64,000 bases of DNA from the NCBI GenBank assembly GCA_963668675.2, contig CAXXMB010000001.1, positions 544,001 through 608,000 of the forward strand, read 5' to 3'. Under the pieces are notes generated by a model. That model saw only the letters and a program-made list of their open reading frames with translations. It had not been told where the DNA came from and did not search any database. The position numbers and the translations under genes were made by a program. Source of the DNA: an uncultured Desulfatitalea sp. (GTDB taxonomy: Bacteria > Desulfobacterota > Desulfobacteria > Desulfobacterales > Desulfosarcinaceae). The number at the start of each line of letters is the position of its first letter. The stretch's first letter is position 1. Below, one piece after another: positions 21,165-30,586 of the stretch.

Positions 21165-21236
21165 CGTCATGCCGGACCCGATCCGGCCTCCAGAACCCGT
21201 TGAACCGGTTGGAAATCGGCTTTTACCGGGATGATG
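21165..21236. repeat. Degenerate GTCA-type palindromic repeat
   Basis: CGTCATGCCGGACCCGATCCGGCCTCCAGAA...TGGAAATCGGCTTTTACCGGGATGATG; same layout as 19516-19586. Confidence 0.65.
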
Positions 21237-21347
21237 GAAAAGGACGTCTTCGGACGTTATGCGAAGTCATCACGATTTTCGGGCTGTTTTAGCATGCCTC
21301 ATTTTTTTCGTTGGATAGACGATATTGAAGTGATGGGGGTTGATGTT

Positions 21348-21391
21348 CGTCAATCTGCTGACGCCCGAAAGAGAGATGACGAAATTTGTCA
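21348..21391. promoter_or_regulatory. Candidate PilR enhancer sites
   Basis: Two dyads, CGTCA-N6-TGACG (21348-21363) and TGAC-N7-GTCA (21377-21391), 130-175 bp upstream of the -24/-12 box, followed by an A-tract region. Confidence 0.45.
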
Positions 21392-21520
21392 AACGACGCG
21401 CAATTTGTATGGGATGCAGGTTTATTGGTTTAAGCATAGCGATGGCGTGTTATGGGAAATAAGCTAATAAAAACAAAAAAAACAGTATGTTGTGTAAAAT
21501 AGAAAGTGTGCGTGGCAAAA

Positions 21521-21536
21521 TGGCATGCCGATTGCT
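21521..21536 (+). promoter_or_regulatory. sigma54 (-24/-12) promoter of pilA
   Basis: TGGCATGCCGATTGCT = GG-N10-GC with TGGCA and TTGC consensus. Confidence 0.8.
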
Positions 21537-21682
21537 TTAACCCATGGCAACAGTGATTGAGGCGCGAAGGAGGTGACACAGAGAGCGGCCCTGTGGAACA
21601 AAGCGCAAAAACAAAATTTATTATCAACCCCAAATCATTTTTTAATTCATTGTCCCACTAATTGACCAAAGGAGGATCACCC

Positions 21683-22288
21683 ATGTTTAAACGGAATCAA
21701 AAAGGTTTTACACTCATCGAACTTATGATCGTTATCGCTATCATCGGTATTCTGGCGGCCATCGCTATTCCCCAGTTCGCGGCTTATCGCATCCGCGGTT
21801 TCAACTCATCCGCCCAGAGTGATGTGCGTAACCTCACCACATCTCAAGCTGCGCTCTTTTCCGACTGGCAGATGTTCGGTCTGACCGATGCTGTGGCCCA
21901 AGCCAACCCGTTGGTCTTCAATGCTGCCGCCGGCGGTGGTCAAGGTGCACTTCTGATAGGCCCGACCGGTGCGGTCGGTAACTTTGTCCCCTGTATCGAA
22001 GTTACTGCGCAGGGCGGCAACCGCGGTCTCCAGATCCCATTGGGCAACAATGTGTTGATATATGACGACCTCGATGCTGCACATGCCTCTTTTACGGGTA
22101 CAGGAAAGCACACGCAGGGGAATGCCTACTATGGCGTCGATAGTGACGTGACGGCCGTCTATTTTGACGAATTTCCGGGCTCTGACGGAACCCAACTAGC
22201 ACTTGGCGATGGACCGGCCTCAGTTGTAGGCGCTGATGACTACCAGGGTGTCAACGGACCGAGTGGTAACCCCTGGGCTGTCCGTTAA
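21683..22288 (+). CDS. pilA: Type IVa major pilin (193-aa mature)
   Basis: AGGAGG RBS; leader MFKRNQKG|FTLIELMIVIAIIGILAAIAIPQF; sigma54 promoter and own terminator. Confidence 0.92.
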   Translation: MFKRNQKGFTLIELMIVIAIIGILAAIAIPQFAAYRIRGFNSSAQSDVRNLTTSQAALFSDWQMFGLTDAVAQANPLVFNAAAGGGQGALLIGPTGAVGNFVPCIEVTAQGGNRGLQIPLGNNVLIYDDLDAAHASFTGTGKHTQGNAYYGVDSDVTAVYFDEFPGSDGTQLALGDGPASVVGADDYQGVNGPSGNPWAVR

Positions 22289-22315
22289 TCATTCGATAGT
22301 TCAATCCAACAGATT

Positions 22316-22354
22316 CAAAAAGGCGCTGGTCGAAAGTCCAGCGCCTTTTTGTTT
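22316..22354 (+). terminator. Intrinsic terminator of pilA
   Basis: CAAAAAGGCGCTGG-loop-CCAGCGCCTTTTTGTTT. Confidence 0.85.
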
Positions 22355-22601
22355 GAATCATTTTCGCTAAATTTTTCCAGAGGATTCCCGAAGATAATTT
22401 TAAAAGGGGATCGAACTGCTTAGAGGCAGTCGATTCAGCATCCGGGTTAGAAGCTCTCATTGCTGGATTGCGGTGATTATGCTTTGCTATTGAAAATCTT
22501 GGCCGTTTTGGGCATACTTACTCCGATTCAATGCGCAGCAGCACCATGAACAGATCCAGGTCTGCCTGCATGCTAAAGTAAAAGCACAATCCAACAGAGG
22601 C

Positions 22602-23381
22602 ATGAAGATGACGATTGAAATTGAGAAGCTGACTAAGATCTATCGAAAGGGGCTGCGTAATAGCAGGCCGGCCGTGAGTAATCTGAGCCTGAAAATAAAT
22701 ACCGGGGAAGTTTTCGGTTTCCTTGGCCCCAACGGGGCTGGGAAAAGCACGGTAATTAAAATACTGATGGATTTTATCCGGCCAACCTCCGGATCCGTGA
22801 AAATTAAAGGGAATTCGGTCGTGGTTCCTAACACGCGCAAACATATCGGATATCTTCCGGAAAACCCATTTTTTTACGACCACCTCACCGCTGAAGAACT
22901 TCTATCTTTCGGCGGCAGGGCTGTAAACATGGATAAAAAGAAGATCGGCGACCGGATCGATGAGTTGCTTGAGCGTTTAAATCTTTCACATGTTAAAAAG
23001 CAGCGACTTAGAACTTATTCAAAGGGAATGGTCCAGAGGACCGGGCTGGCGCTTGCGTTGATTCACGATCCAGAGATTTGTATTCTGGACGAACCTATGA
23101 GCGGTCTGGATCCATTGGGTCGTCGCTTGGTAGCCGATTTGATTGTGGATATGTGCAACAACGGCCAAACCGTCTTTTTCAGCTCACATATTCTAAGCGA
23201 CATTGAAAGGGTTTGCGATCGTGCGGGCATCCTAAACCGTGGACAACTGCTCTACTGCGGCGATGTGAAAGCGTTGTCATCCACGGCAGGTGACTTGGAA
23301 CTGGCATTTGTTGAAATGATCGAAAAGGATGAGAGGAATAGCGATGAAGCAGATCTGGCTACTGAGCAGAATTACATTTAA
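22602..23381 (+). CDS. ABC transporter ATP-binding protein (pilin-associated; Geobacter Xap / Myxococcus PilH-like)
   Basis: GPNGAGKST, YLPE, YSKGM signature, LDEPMSGLDP, SSH. Confidence 0.9.
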   Translation: MKMTIEIEKLTKIYRKGLRNSRPAVSNLSLKINTGEVFGFLGPNGAGKSTVIKILMDFIRPTSGSVKIKGNSVVVPNTRKHIGYLPENPFFYDHLTAEELLSFGGRAVNMDKKKIGDRIDELLERLNLSHVKKQRLRTYSKGMVQRTGLALALIHDPEICILDEPMSGLDPLGRRLVADLIVDMCNNGQTVFFSSHILSDIERVCDRAGILNRGQLLYCGDVKALSSTAGDLELAFVEMIEKDERNSDEADLATEQNYI

Positions 23382-24147
23382 AGAGGGTGTTCGCAATCGT
23401 ATCCTGCTTGGGATCCTTCTGGTGGCTGTCCTTTTTTCTGCTTTTAACATTATCTTTACGCAGATGTTTGCCCATGACCTGAGCAAAGTTTCTGTGGACC
23501 TCGGTCTTTCCACAGTCTCCCTGTCCGGGTTGGCGGTGATTTTTTTCATGGGTATTAACCTGCTTGCCAGGGATTTCGAAAAGAGGACGATCTATACGAT
23601 TCTTTCAAGGCCTATCGCTAGATGGCAATACGTGTTAGGTAAATTCAGCGGTCTGATGTTGATGGTCGGCACAGCCGTAGCCATCCTCGGGGTATTTTCC
23701 GCTGCGAGCGTAAAGATCACGATGATGATCTCTCCAGCTTACATCCCGCCAGACTATTCATGGGGCATCTTTGCGTTGTCCATTGTCTTCAGCTACCTTA
23801 GCTTGATGATATTGACAGCGCTGGCGCAGTTGTTCACTTGCCTAACCACCAGTTCCTATATTGCGCTTTTAATTACGGCATGTACCTATTTCATTGGGCA
23901 CAACGTGGAACTCGTTCGCAAAGCATTGGTTGAAACCAGCGATGTGAGCCCATTATATGCTTTTTTAATAAAAACGGTTACCTGGATATTCCCCAATTTG
24001 CAGGCGTTCGACATGAAAACGTCCGCCGGTTACGGGCTCCCCCTTGAAACCGGGACGCTCATTTGGACAGCGATTTACGGCATCAGTTACATCGCGATAA
24101 TCCTTGTTTTGACCGTTTCTGTTTTTCAGCGCCGGGAGCTCTCATGA
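23344..24147 (+). CDS. ABC-2 type permease (pilin-associated)
   Basis: Multiple TM segments; EKRTIYTILSRPIARWQYVLGK; ends FQRREL. Confidence 0.88.
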   Translation: MKQIWLLSRITFKEGVRNRILLGILLVAVLFSAFNIIFTQMFAHDLSKVSVDLGLSTVSLSGLAVIFFMGINLLARDFEKRTIYTILSRPIARWQYVLGKFSGLMLMVGTAVAILGVFSAASVKITMMISPAYIPPDYSWGIFALSIVFSYLSLMILTALAQLFTCLTTSSYIALLITACTYFIGHNVELVRKALVETSDVSPLYAFLIKTVTWIFPNLQAFDMKTSAGYGLPLETGTLIWTAIYGISYIAIILVLTVSVFQRRELS

Positions 24148-24968
24148 AGACAAAGAGTGTGGTGGTTTTCATTTCAGCTTTAGCCTTTTTTTTGGCGTTG
24201 CATACATTGGCCCGATCGAGAGTCGATGCACACCGCTCCGACTACAAATTCCAGTTGCATGCGGCAGCACTCCCACTGCCGAACGAAATTCTTAGGATTC
24301 TAAGTGTAGAGTTCAAAGGTATGGTCGCCAACTATCTGCTGCTGGAGTCGGCTAGTTTTATTGGTAGTTCCCAGTCAAAGGACGCAACCGCAAAAGAGTG
24401 GGAGTCCGTTGCGCGGCTGCTGGATCAGAGCAGCCTCCTGGATCCTTACTTCAAGAATACTTACCGTCTCGCACAATCCATACTTCCGTGGGAAGCTAAA
24501 CTGTATGATGAAACTCTGAAAATTCTTGAAAGAAGCAAACGCCACATTACCTGGGATTGGGAGCCTGGTTTTTTTATCGGCTTTGATTATTACTTCTTCT
24601 TAGGGGATAGTTTGACCGCCTCCAAAGAATTGATGGAAGCATCCGAGATAAAGCATGCACCAGCCCTTCTGGCTACCCTGGCCGCACGTTTGGCTGTGAG
24701 AGTCGGTCAGACGAAAACAGCTATCGCGTTTTTGAGTGCGCTCTACGAAAAGACGGACGATGAGCCTCGTAAAGAGGCTATCAAGGAGCGAATATTGGCT
24801 CTCAGGGGGGTCGAGTTACTGCAATCAGCCATAACAAACTTTGAGAGAAGCTACGGGCGTTTGCCTGACTCGCTCGAAGAACTGGTCGATAAATCGATCC
24901 TTTCCGAAATTCCTCCTAACCCATACGGCCGGCCTTATACACTGAAGGATGGTGCGATCGAATTTTAA
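24144..24968 (+). CDS. Pilin-associated TPR-like membrane-anchored protein (XapA/PilG-like)
   Basis: ATGA overlap with permease; N-terminal TM; LDPYF; C-terminal GRLPDSLEELV...PPNPYG pseudopilin-like motif. Confidence 0.7.
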   Translation: MKTKSVVVFISALAFFLALHTLARSRVDAHRSDYKFQLHAAALPLPNEILRILSVEFKGMVANYLLLESASFIGSSQSKDATAKEWESVARLLDQSSLLDPYFKNTYRLAQSILPWEAKLYDETLKILERSKRHITWDWEPGFFIGFDYYFFLGDSLTASKELMEASEIKHAPALLATLAARLAVRVGQTKTAIAFLSALYEKTDDEPRKEAIKERILALRGVELLQSAITNFERSYGRLPDSLEELVDKSILSEIPPNPYGRPYTLKDGAIEF

Positions 24969-25169
24969 ACGGGAAGGGTTTGAGAATCATCATTGCCCAA
25001 TTCCTGCTTCGAATCCGCCAAGATCGGTTAGTCAACTGCAATTATTTCAATCAAGCTATTGCCCCTGTGGAACAATACGAGGTATCTGGTAATTGGTTGA
25101 ACATCTAAACGGCGTAATCGACTCGGCGCTTCGCTATGGTGGGAACGTATCTATCACTTCAGGGGGATC

Positions 25170-26099
25170 ATGATAAAGAGCAGGATATCGATTATTATTC
25201 CAGTCTTCAACGAAAAAGCTTCGCTCTGCTCGCTGATTCATGGAATCAAGAAGTTGGACATCTTCGACCAAGTGATACTTGTCGATGACGGATCAGCAGA
25301 TGATTGCAGGCCAATGGCTTCTGAGTATGACATTCTGGTTGTCCGTCATCCCTACAACAAAGGCAACGGTGCGGCAGTTAAGTCCGGTATCCGTGCGGCA
25401 AATGGTGAAATGCTCGTGTTCATGGACGGCGACGGACAGCACGCCCCCTCTGATGTCCCCAAACTGTTGTCTCATCTTGATCACTACGACATGGTGGTCG
25501 GGGCACGTGATAATATGCAGCAAGCCTCCCGGGCAAGGGCATTGATGAATCACATTTATAACCGACTCGCATCGTATGTGACCGGTTTCCCGGTTCAAGA
25601 CCTCACATCCGGCTTCCGGGTTATGCGTGCCCAAACGGCAAGGGAACTTCTGCCGCTTCTTCCGAATGGCTACTCATGGCCCACCACATCCACGCTGGTG
25701 TTGCTGAGAACAGGATTGAGTGTGAAATTTGTACCCATTAACTTGAGGCAACGAGAGCATGGACGAAGCAGAATCCGGCCACTGTACGATGGTTTGCGAT
25801 TCTTCATGATTATTTTGAAAATTTGTACGTTATATGCTCCTTTTAGGGTTTTTTTACCTGTTTCTGCTGGCATGTTTTTCATAGGACTTATCAACTATGC
25901 CTATACTTTCTTTACGGAGGGGCGTTTCACAAACATGAGCGCCTTGATGTTCACTGCCTCGGTGCTCGTGTTTATGATGGGATTGATCTCTGAACAGATC
26001 AGCCAGATCAGCCTCTTAAAATGCCAGATAGAGCCTTCTGAGAAACAAAAGAAGCAGGATACGATGAAGGATTACCATGACGCTGCCGATCGGTTTTAA
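25170..26099 (+). CDS. Glycosyltransferase family 2 (polyprenol-phosphate type, two C-terminal TMs)
   Basis: IIPVFNE, VDDGS, NKGNGAA, MDGDGQH, DLTSGFR. Confidence 0.9.
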   Translation: MIKSRISIIIPVFNEKASLCSLIHGIKKLDIFDQVILVDDGSADDCRPMASEYDILVVRHPYNKGNGAAVKSGIRAANGEMLVFMDGDGQHAPSDVPKLLSHLDHYDMVVGARDNMQQASRARALMNHIYNRLASYVTGFPVQDLTSGFRVMRAQTARELLPLLPNGYSWPTTSTLVLLRTGLSVKFVPINLRQREHGRSRIRPLYDGLRFFMIILKICTLYAPFRVFLPVSAGMFFIGLINYAYTFFTEGRFTNMSALMFTASVLVFMMGLISEQISQISLLKCQIEPSEKQKKQDTMKDYHDAADRF

Positions 26100-26101
26100 A
26101 G

Positions 26102-27310
26102 ATGTGGCTTCTTGTTTTAACGACATCGTTTCCCTCCAAAGCACATCCTACCAGTGGTATTTTTATCCAGAGATTGCTGACCAACTTACCAAAGTATATT
26201 CATATAACTGTTCTTTCGCCGGCCCACGAACGAACACTGGGTTTATCAACTCAAACAATTAAATTTCAGTACAGCCAGTTTCGGTATGCGCCACAACGAT
26301 GGCAACGATTGGCGAATAGTCCCGGGGGTATTCCTGGCTCTTTAAAAGAGAAACCATGGAGATGGGGATTGGTACCGCTATTTGGTGCTGCCATGTTTTG
26401 TCAAACCTTTCGCTATGTCAGGAAGGCCGAGCTGATCCATGCCCATTGGTCCTTTTCAGGTATCATTGCAGGGATGGTGGGCCGGCTATGCAACCTGCCG
26501 TCTATTACGACACTACGTGGTAGTGATGTTCGTTGGGCTTCAAAAAATATATTATTCAAAACCATCATTAGGTGGTGTGTTAAAATGAATCAACAAGTCG
26601 TAACGGTAGGTGAGGATTTAGCGGATCAAGTACGTCATTTGGTTCCGGATCACCGGAAGAGAATTAAGGTTATACCCAACGGCGTGGATAAAAAATTCTG
26701 GTCAATTCAAAAAGAGGCCACATTTGTGAGTTCTATCACAGTAATTGGCAATCTAATCGCTTCTAAACAGGTGGATGTGGTCATTCGCGCTTTTGAGGCA
26801 CTCATCGATTTGGATAACCGACTTCGGCTGGTAATCATCGGTGCTGGCCCGGAGATGAAGAGGCTTAGTGCGTTGGCACATCATTTAGCCATAGGCGAGC
26901 GAGTTGTGTTTACAGGGCAAATACCTCCTAATGAGGTGGCCGAACAACTTTCGCGGAGCAGTATGCTAGTGTTGGCTAGCAAAAGTGAGGGGCGTCCCAA
27001 TGTGGTGTTGGAAGCTATGGCTGCTGGTGTCCCTGTAGTGGCCAGTGATATTGGTGGTGTGCGAGAGTTGATTGGGAATAATGAGCGTGGACTCCTTTTC
27101 CCTGTGGGAGATGCTGGGAAATTGGCTGAGCGTATAAAAAGTATAGTTGTCAATCCTGATTTTGGAAGTTGCATAGCTATGCGTGCATCCCAATGGCTTC
27201 GAGAACAAGACTTGAGCTGGGAACGCACAGCCCAGCGATATTCAGAGCTTTATCATCAAGTGATCGCTGAATACAGCCGACGCAAAGGAAGACGGGGATG
27301 TGCGGAATAA
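26102..27310 (+). CDS. Glycosyltransferase family 4
   Basis: IHAHW, TLRGSDV, IPNGVD, EGRPNVVLEAMAAG (Ex7E). Confidence 0.9.
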   Translation: MWLLVLTTSFPSKAHPTSGIFIQRLLTNLPKYIHITVLSPAHERTLGLSTQTIKFQYSQFRYAPQRWQRLANSPGGIPGSLKEKPWRWGLVPLFGAAMFCQTFRYVRKAELIHAHWSFSGIIAGMVGRLCNLPSITTLRGSDVRWASKNILFKTIIRWCVKMNQQVVTVGEDLADQVRHLVPDHRKRIKVIPNGVDKKFWSIQKEATFVSSITVIGNLIASKQVDVVIRAFEALIDLDNRLRLVIIGAGPEMKRLSALAHHLAIGERVVFTGQIPPNEVAEQLSRSSMLVLASKSEGRPNVVLEAMAAGVPVVASDIGGVRELIGNNERGLLFPVGDAGKLAERIKSIVVNPDFGSCIAMRASQWLREQDLSWERTAQRYSELYHQVIAEYSRRKGRRGCAE

Positions 27311-29157
27311 GTTTCGCCTTCAGACCTGATCTTGAACTGAAGCGGCTACAAGAGTTGATGAAGCGGTCGGTCTCTTTGCTTGCCCATCGGGGGCCGGACG
27401 GAAGCGGACAGGCGGGGGGCGATCCTTGGGCCATGGGCAACAGGAGGCTTTCTATCATTGACCTGCCGGGAAGTGCGCAACCCCTTTCCGACAGCAGTGG
27501 ACGCCATTGTCTTACCTACAATGGCGAGCTGTATAACTATAAGGAGTTGAAAAGGCAGCTCGAAGACCGCTGGGATTTCCGTACCGAGGGTGATACGGAG
27601 GTGGTGCTGGCCGGTTTGGTGATCTACGGTGACGCATTTCTTCAGTTGATGGAGGGGATGTGGGCACTGGCACTGTGGGATTTCCATGAGAAGGAGCTGT
27701 TGCTGGTCCGTGATCGTATGGGCAAGCGGCCGCTCTATTATCAGACGGATCCGAGACGCTTTGCGTGTGCCTCCGAATTGCCGGCTTTAAGACCTCTTTC
27801 ATGGTTCGCCTGGCAGGAGGATCCCCGAAGTACTGTCGATTATCTGCGCTACGGCTACTATCTGCCGGGCACGACCGCCTACAGATCGGTTCGCGAGGTG
27901 CTGCCTGGGCATTGGCTGCGTTGGTCCCCCGGCCGAGGCACATGCCAGCAAGCTTATTGGCATATCCAACCGGGCGGTTTCCGCGGCACCCATCGCCAGG
28001 CGTGCGATATGCTGCGAACCGCGATGGTGGATAGTGTCCGGCATCGCCTCGTGGCCGATGTGGAGGTGGGGGCGCTGCTATCGGGTGGTGTCGACTCTTC
28101 CCTTGTGGCATCCATCGCCACCCAAGTCCTGGGCAGAGAGCTGAAAACCTTTTCCATGGGGTTTGACGAACCCAGCTATGACGAACGTCCCCATGCGCGC
28201 AGAATGGCACGCTATTGCCGGACCGACCATTTTGACGATTGCTTGACGCTCGAGGGCATTAAAGGTCAGATCGAAAATGTGCTTGCCTGGACCGGGCAAC
28301 CGTTTGCGGACGGTTCGATTTTGCCGACCTACGCGGTCTGCGGCCTTGCGGCCGGGTACGTCAAAGTGGCCCTGTCGGGGGATGGCGGCGACGAACTCTT
28401 TGGCGGATATCAGCGTTATCTGGCGCGTGCCTTGCTGCGTTGGTATACGCGGTTGCCAAATGTGGTCAGGGGGGGAGCAAGAAAGCTGATCTCCTCTTTT
28501 CCGGAACCGGGTGCCCATCACAGTGCCAGTCTGCTAAAGAAGGCGCACCTCTTTCTGGATGTGGCCGATCGTCAGGCCAATGAGTGGCCATACGTTGCAC
28601 CCACCTGCTACGCGCTAAACGATCTGCAGTCCCTTGTCCCCGACATATGGCGAATGGGGCACCCGCCTCCCGGGATTCCGGAAGCGACGGCCATGACGGA
28701 TCTGGAGCGTATGATGACGGCCGATGCGGTCGTCTATATGCCACAGGACATTCTGGCCAAAGTGGATCGGGCCGGTATGGCTCACTCCTTGGAGGTGCGT
28801 GCACCGTTTCTCGATCGACGGGTGGTCGAGCTGGCCTTTTCGCTGCCTGGGCGTTGGCACCGGAGCGGATTGAGCGGAAAGCGCATGCTGTCCGGCAGCT
28901 TCAGAGACCTGCTGCCCGAATGGACATGGCGGCGGCCAAAGCATGGATTTGGCATACCGGTGCACCGCTGGTTTCGATCCGGTCTCCAGGAGCGGTTGGC
29001 GCGACTGCTCGAACAAACGCCCCAGCCGCTAAACGGAAAGAGGGTTCGACAGATGGTGGCCGAGCATCTGTCCGGGCGGCGCGACCACGGACAGCGGCTT
29101 TGGCAACTCCTTATTTACCTGCTGTGGCGGGCGGATCGATCATGGCAAATATCCTGA
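27298..29157 (+). CDS. asnB: Asparagine synthase-like glutamine-dependent amidotransferase (glycan amidation type)
   Basis: MCGI N-terminus, HRGPD, RLSIID, YNGELYN, LSGGVDSS, SGDGGDELFGGY, KVDRAGMAHSLEVRAPFLD; embedded among glycosyltransferases. Confidence 0.88.
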   Translation: MCGISFAFRPDLELKRLQELMKRSVSLLAHRGPDGSGQAGGDPWAMGNRRLSIIDLPGSAQPLSDSSGRHCLTYNGELYNYKELKRQLEDRWDFRTEGDTEVVLAGLVIYGDAFLQLMEGMWALALWDFHEKELLLVRDRMGKRPLYYQTDPRRFACASELPALRPLSWFAWQEDPRSTVDYLRYGYYLPGTTAYRSVREVLPGHWLRWSPGRGTCQQAYWHIQPGGFRGTHRQACDMLRTAMVDSVRHRLVADVEVGALLSGGVDSSLVASIATQVLGRELKTFSMGFDEPSYDERPHARRMARYCRTDHFDDCLTLEGIKGQIENVLAWTGQPFADGSILPTYAVCGLAAGYVKVALSGDGGDELFGGYQRYLARALLRWYTRLPNVVRGGARKLISSFPEPGAHHSASLLKKAHLFLDVADRQANEWPYVAPTCYALNDLQSLVPDIWRMGHPPPGIPEATAMTDLERMMTADAVVYMPQDILAKVDRAGMAHSLEVRAPFLDRRVVELAFSLPGRWHRSGLSGKRMLSGSFRDLLPEWTWRRPKHGFGIPVHRWFRSGLQERLARLLEQTPQPLNGKRVRQMVAEHLSGRRDHGQRLWQLLIYLLWRADRSWQIS

Positions 29158-30251
29158 CATGCTACTACCGTCCCAAGCCGGGAGGGTTGTGCAGACGTCT
29201 GTTTCGCGCAATGCGTGCCGCTCTGGAGAGGGGACACACGGTCCACTACCTGGCGATCGAGCCCTTTCCCATCGACCATCCCAACTGTATATTCCATCGA
29301 TTTCCCTGGCCGAGGAGATATGGCGACACGCTGCTGTTTTGGTCCTTCTTCATTTTACTGTCGCCTTTCTGTTTGCTTTTTATTGCGGTTGCTAACCGCG
29401 TGACACACGCTTTTGCATTTGGTACGGCCTACTCATTCTGCATGCAGCCCTTGAGATGGGTGAAGGGTATCGGACTGACCTGCTTTTTGCGCGGCGATGC
29501 TGTGGTGAACCACAAACTGCGTCAACATCCCGCCTGGATCGCAGGCGTGGAAAAGATCTTTGAAGGTATGGGTATTAAGGGTGTGCACCTGGTGGCGGTG
29601 GCAGTCCACCTTATAACGTCTGTCCGGAGCCGTCACCCCCGAATGGCGCCAGGGAAATGTTCGGTTTTGCCCAATGACATTTCGGATGATTCACCGACGG
29701 GTGAAAGGGAGCATCATGCACCCTTGCATCTCGCAATGGTCGGCATGATCGAGCCAAGAAAGAATAACATTTTTGCGTTGGAAATATTGCAGAAATTGAA
29801 GGGGAGGCAATGGCATCTCTGGATTTATGGCGAAGGTCCCGATGTTGATAAATTGGTAGCCTGCGCCAAGGAGTCCGGTCTTTGCGACCGGATCTCCTTC
29901 GTGGGGTGGCAGGACCCGGCCAACATATGGCCCCATATCGATCTGCTGATCTTCCCCTCCTTGCATGAGGGCATGCCAAATGCCGTTCTGGAGGCCATCG
30001 CCAGCCATGTGGCGGTTATAGCCAGCGATATTCAGGCGCATCGCGATATTTTGTCACCTAAGCAACTGTTTTCTTTGGCCGATCCGGAAGCATGGCAACG
30101 CGTTCTTGAAAAAGTGATCGATGCCCCCGGGAGCATGTTGAAGCAGATGCGGCATCAACAGGCGCAATGTGCTGCTCGACTGGCTTTCGACTGGGAAGAA
30201 GAAGTGGTCCGTCTGATCGTTTCCGACGACGCCAATGGGTCAGTAAGCTAA
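29142..30251 (+). CDS. Glycosyltransferase family 4
   Basis: True start MANILTCYY at 29142 overlapping the asnB end; GMIEPRKN, PSLHEGMPNAVLEA. Confidence 0.85.
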   Translation: MANILTCYYRPKPGGLCRRLFRAMRAALERGHTVHYLAIEPFPIDHPNCIFHRFPWPRRYGDTLLFWSFFILLSPFCLLFIAVANRVTHAFAFGTAYSFCMQPLRWVKGIGLTCFLRGDAVVNHKLRQHPAWIAGVEKIFEGMGIKGVHLVAVAVHLITSVRSRHPRMAPGKCSVLPNDISDDSPTGEREHHAPLHLAMVGMIEPRKNNIFALEILQKLKGRQWHLWIYGEGPDVDKLVACAKESGLCDRISFVGWQDPANIWPHIDLLIFPSLHEGMPNAVLEAIASHVAVIASDIQAHRDILSPKQLFSLADPEAWQRVLEKVIDAPGSMLKQMRHQQAQCAARLAFDWEEEVVRLIVSDDANGSVS

Positions 30252-30586
30252 CATATATGAAACTTGACTATTACCTGGATTTATTATATTTTCACCATAC
30301 CCTATAAACTGAACTCACTCCCCGGAACACCATGGCACAAATCGGGGATAGTCACTCATAGGAGCGTAGCGAAACAGAGGTACTCCCAATGATTCTGGTT
30401 TCCACTATTCGTATAAACGGTTGATGCGCCTGAAAAGCGCCAAAGCGTGAACCAAAACATGAACCGATGGATACAATTAGAGATATGATCGAAGCGTGAT
30501 CAGCTGTTGGTGCGGCTTGCATCGAATTGCAGTTCATGAGAGGCATGTGACGTTACCGGCCTTCACTAATAGGGGATAGACTTGAG

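Noticed and set aside
28584..29141. N-terminal 186 aa of the 555-aa ORF
   Set aside because: Overlaps asnB in another frame; the glycosyltransferase starts at 29142.
27298..29157. Lasso peptide cyclase (RiPP cluster)
   Set aside because: Intact Cys1 glutaminase domain, glycosyltransferase context, and no precursor, peptidase or RRE genes.
30252..30586. Defined T6SS promoter or regulatory RNA
   Set aside because: TTGACT at 30264 has only a poorly spaced or weak -10, and TGGCAC lacks the -12 element; not supportable.
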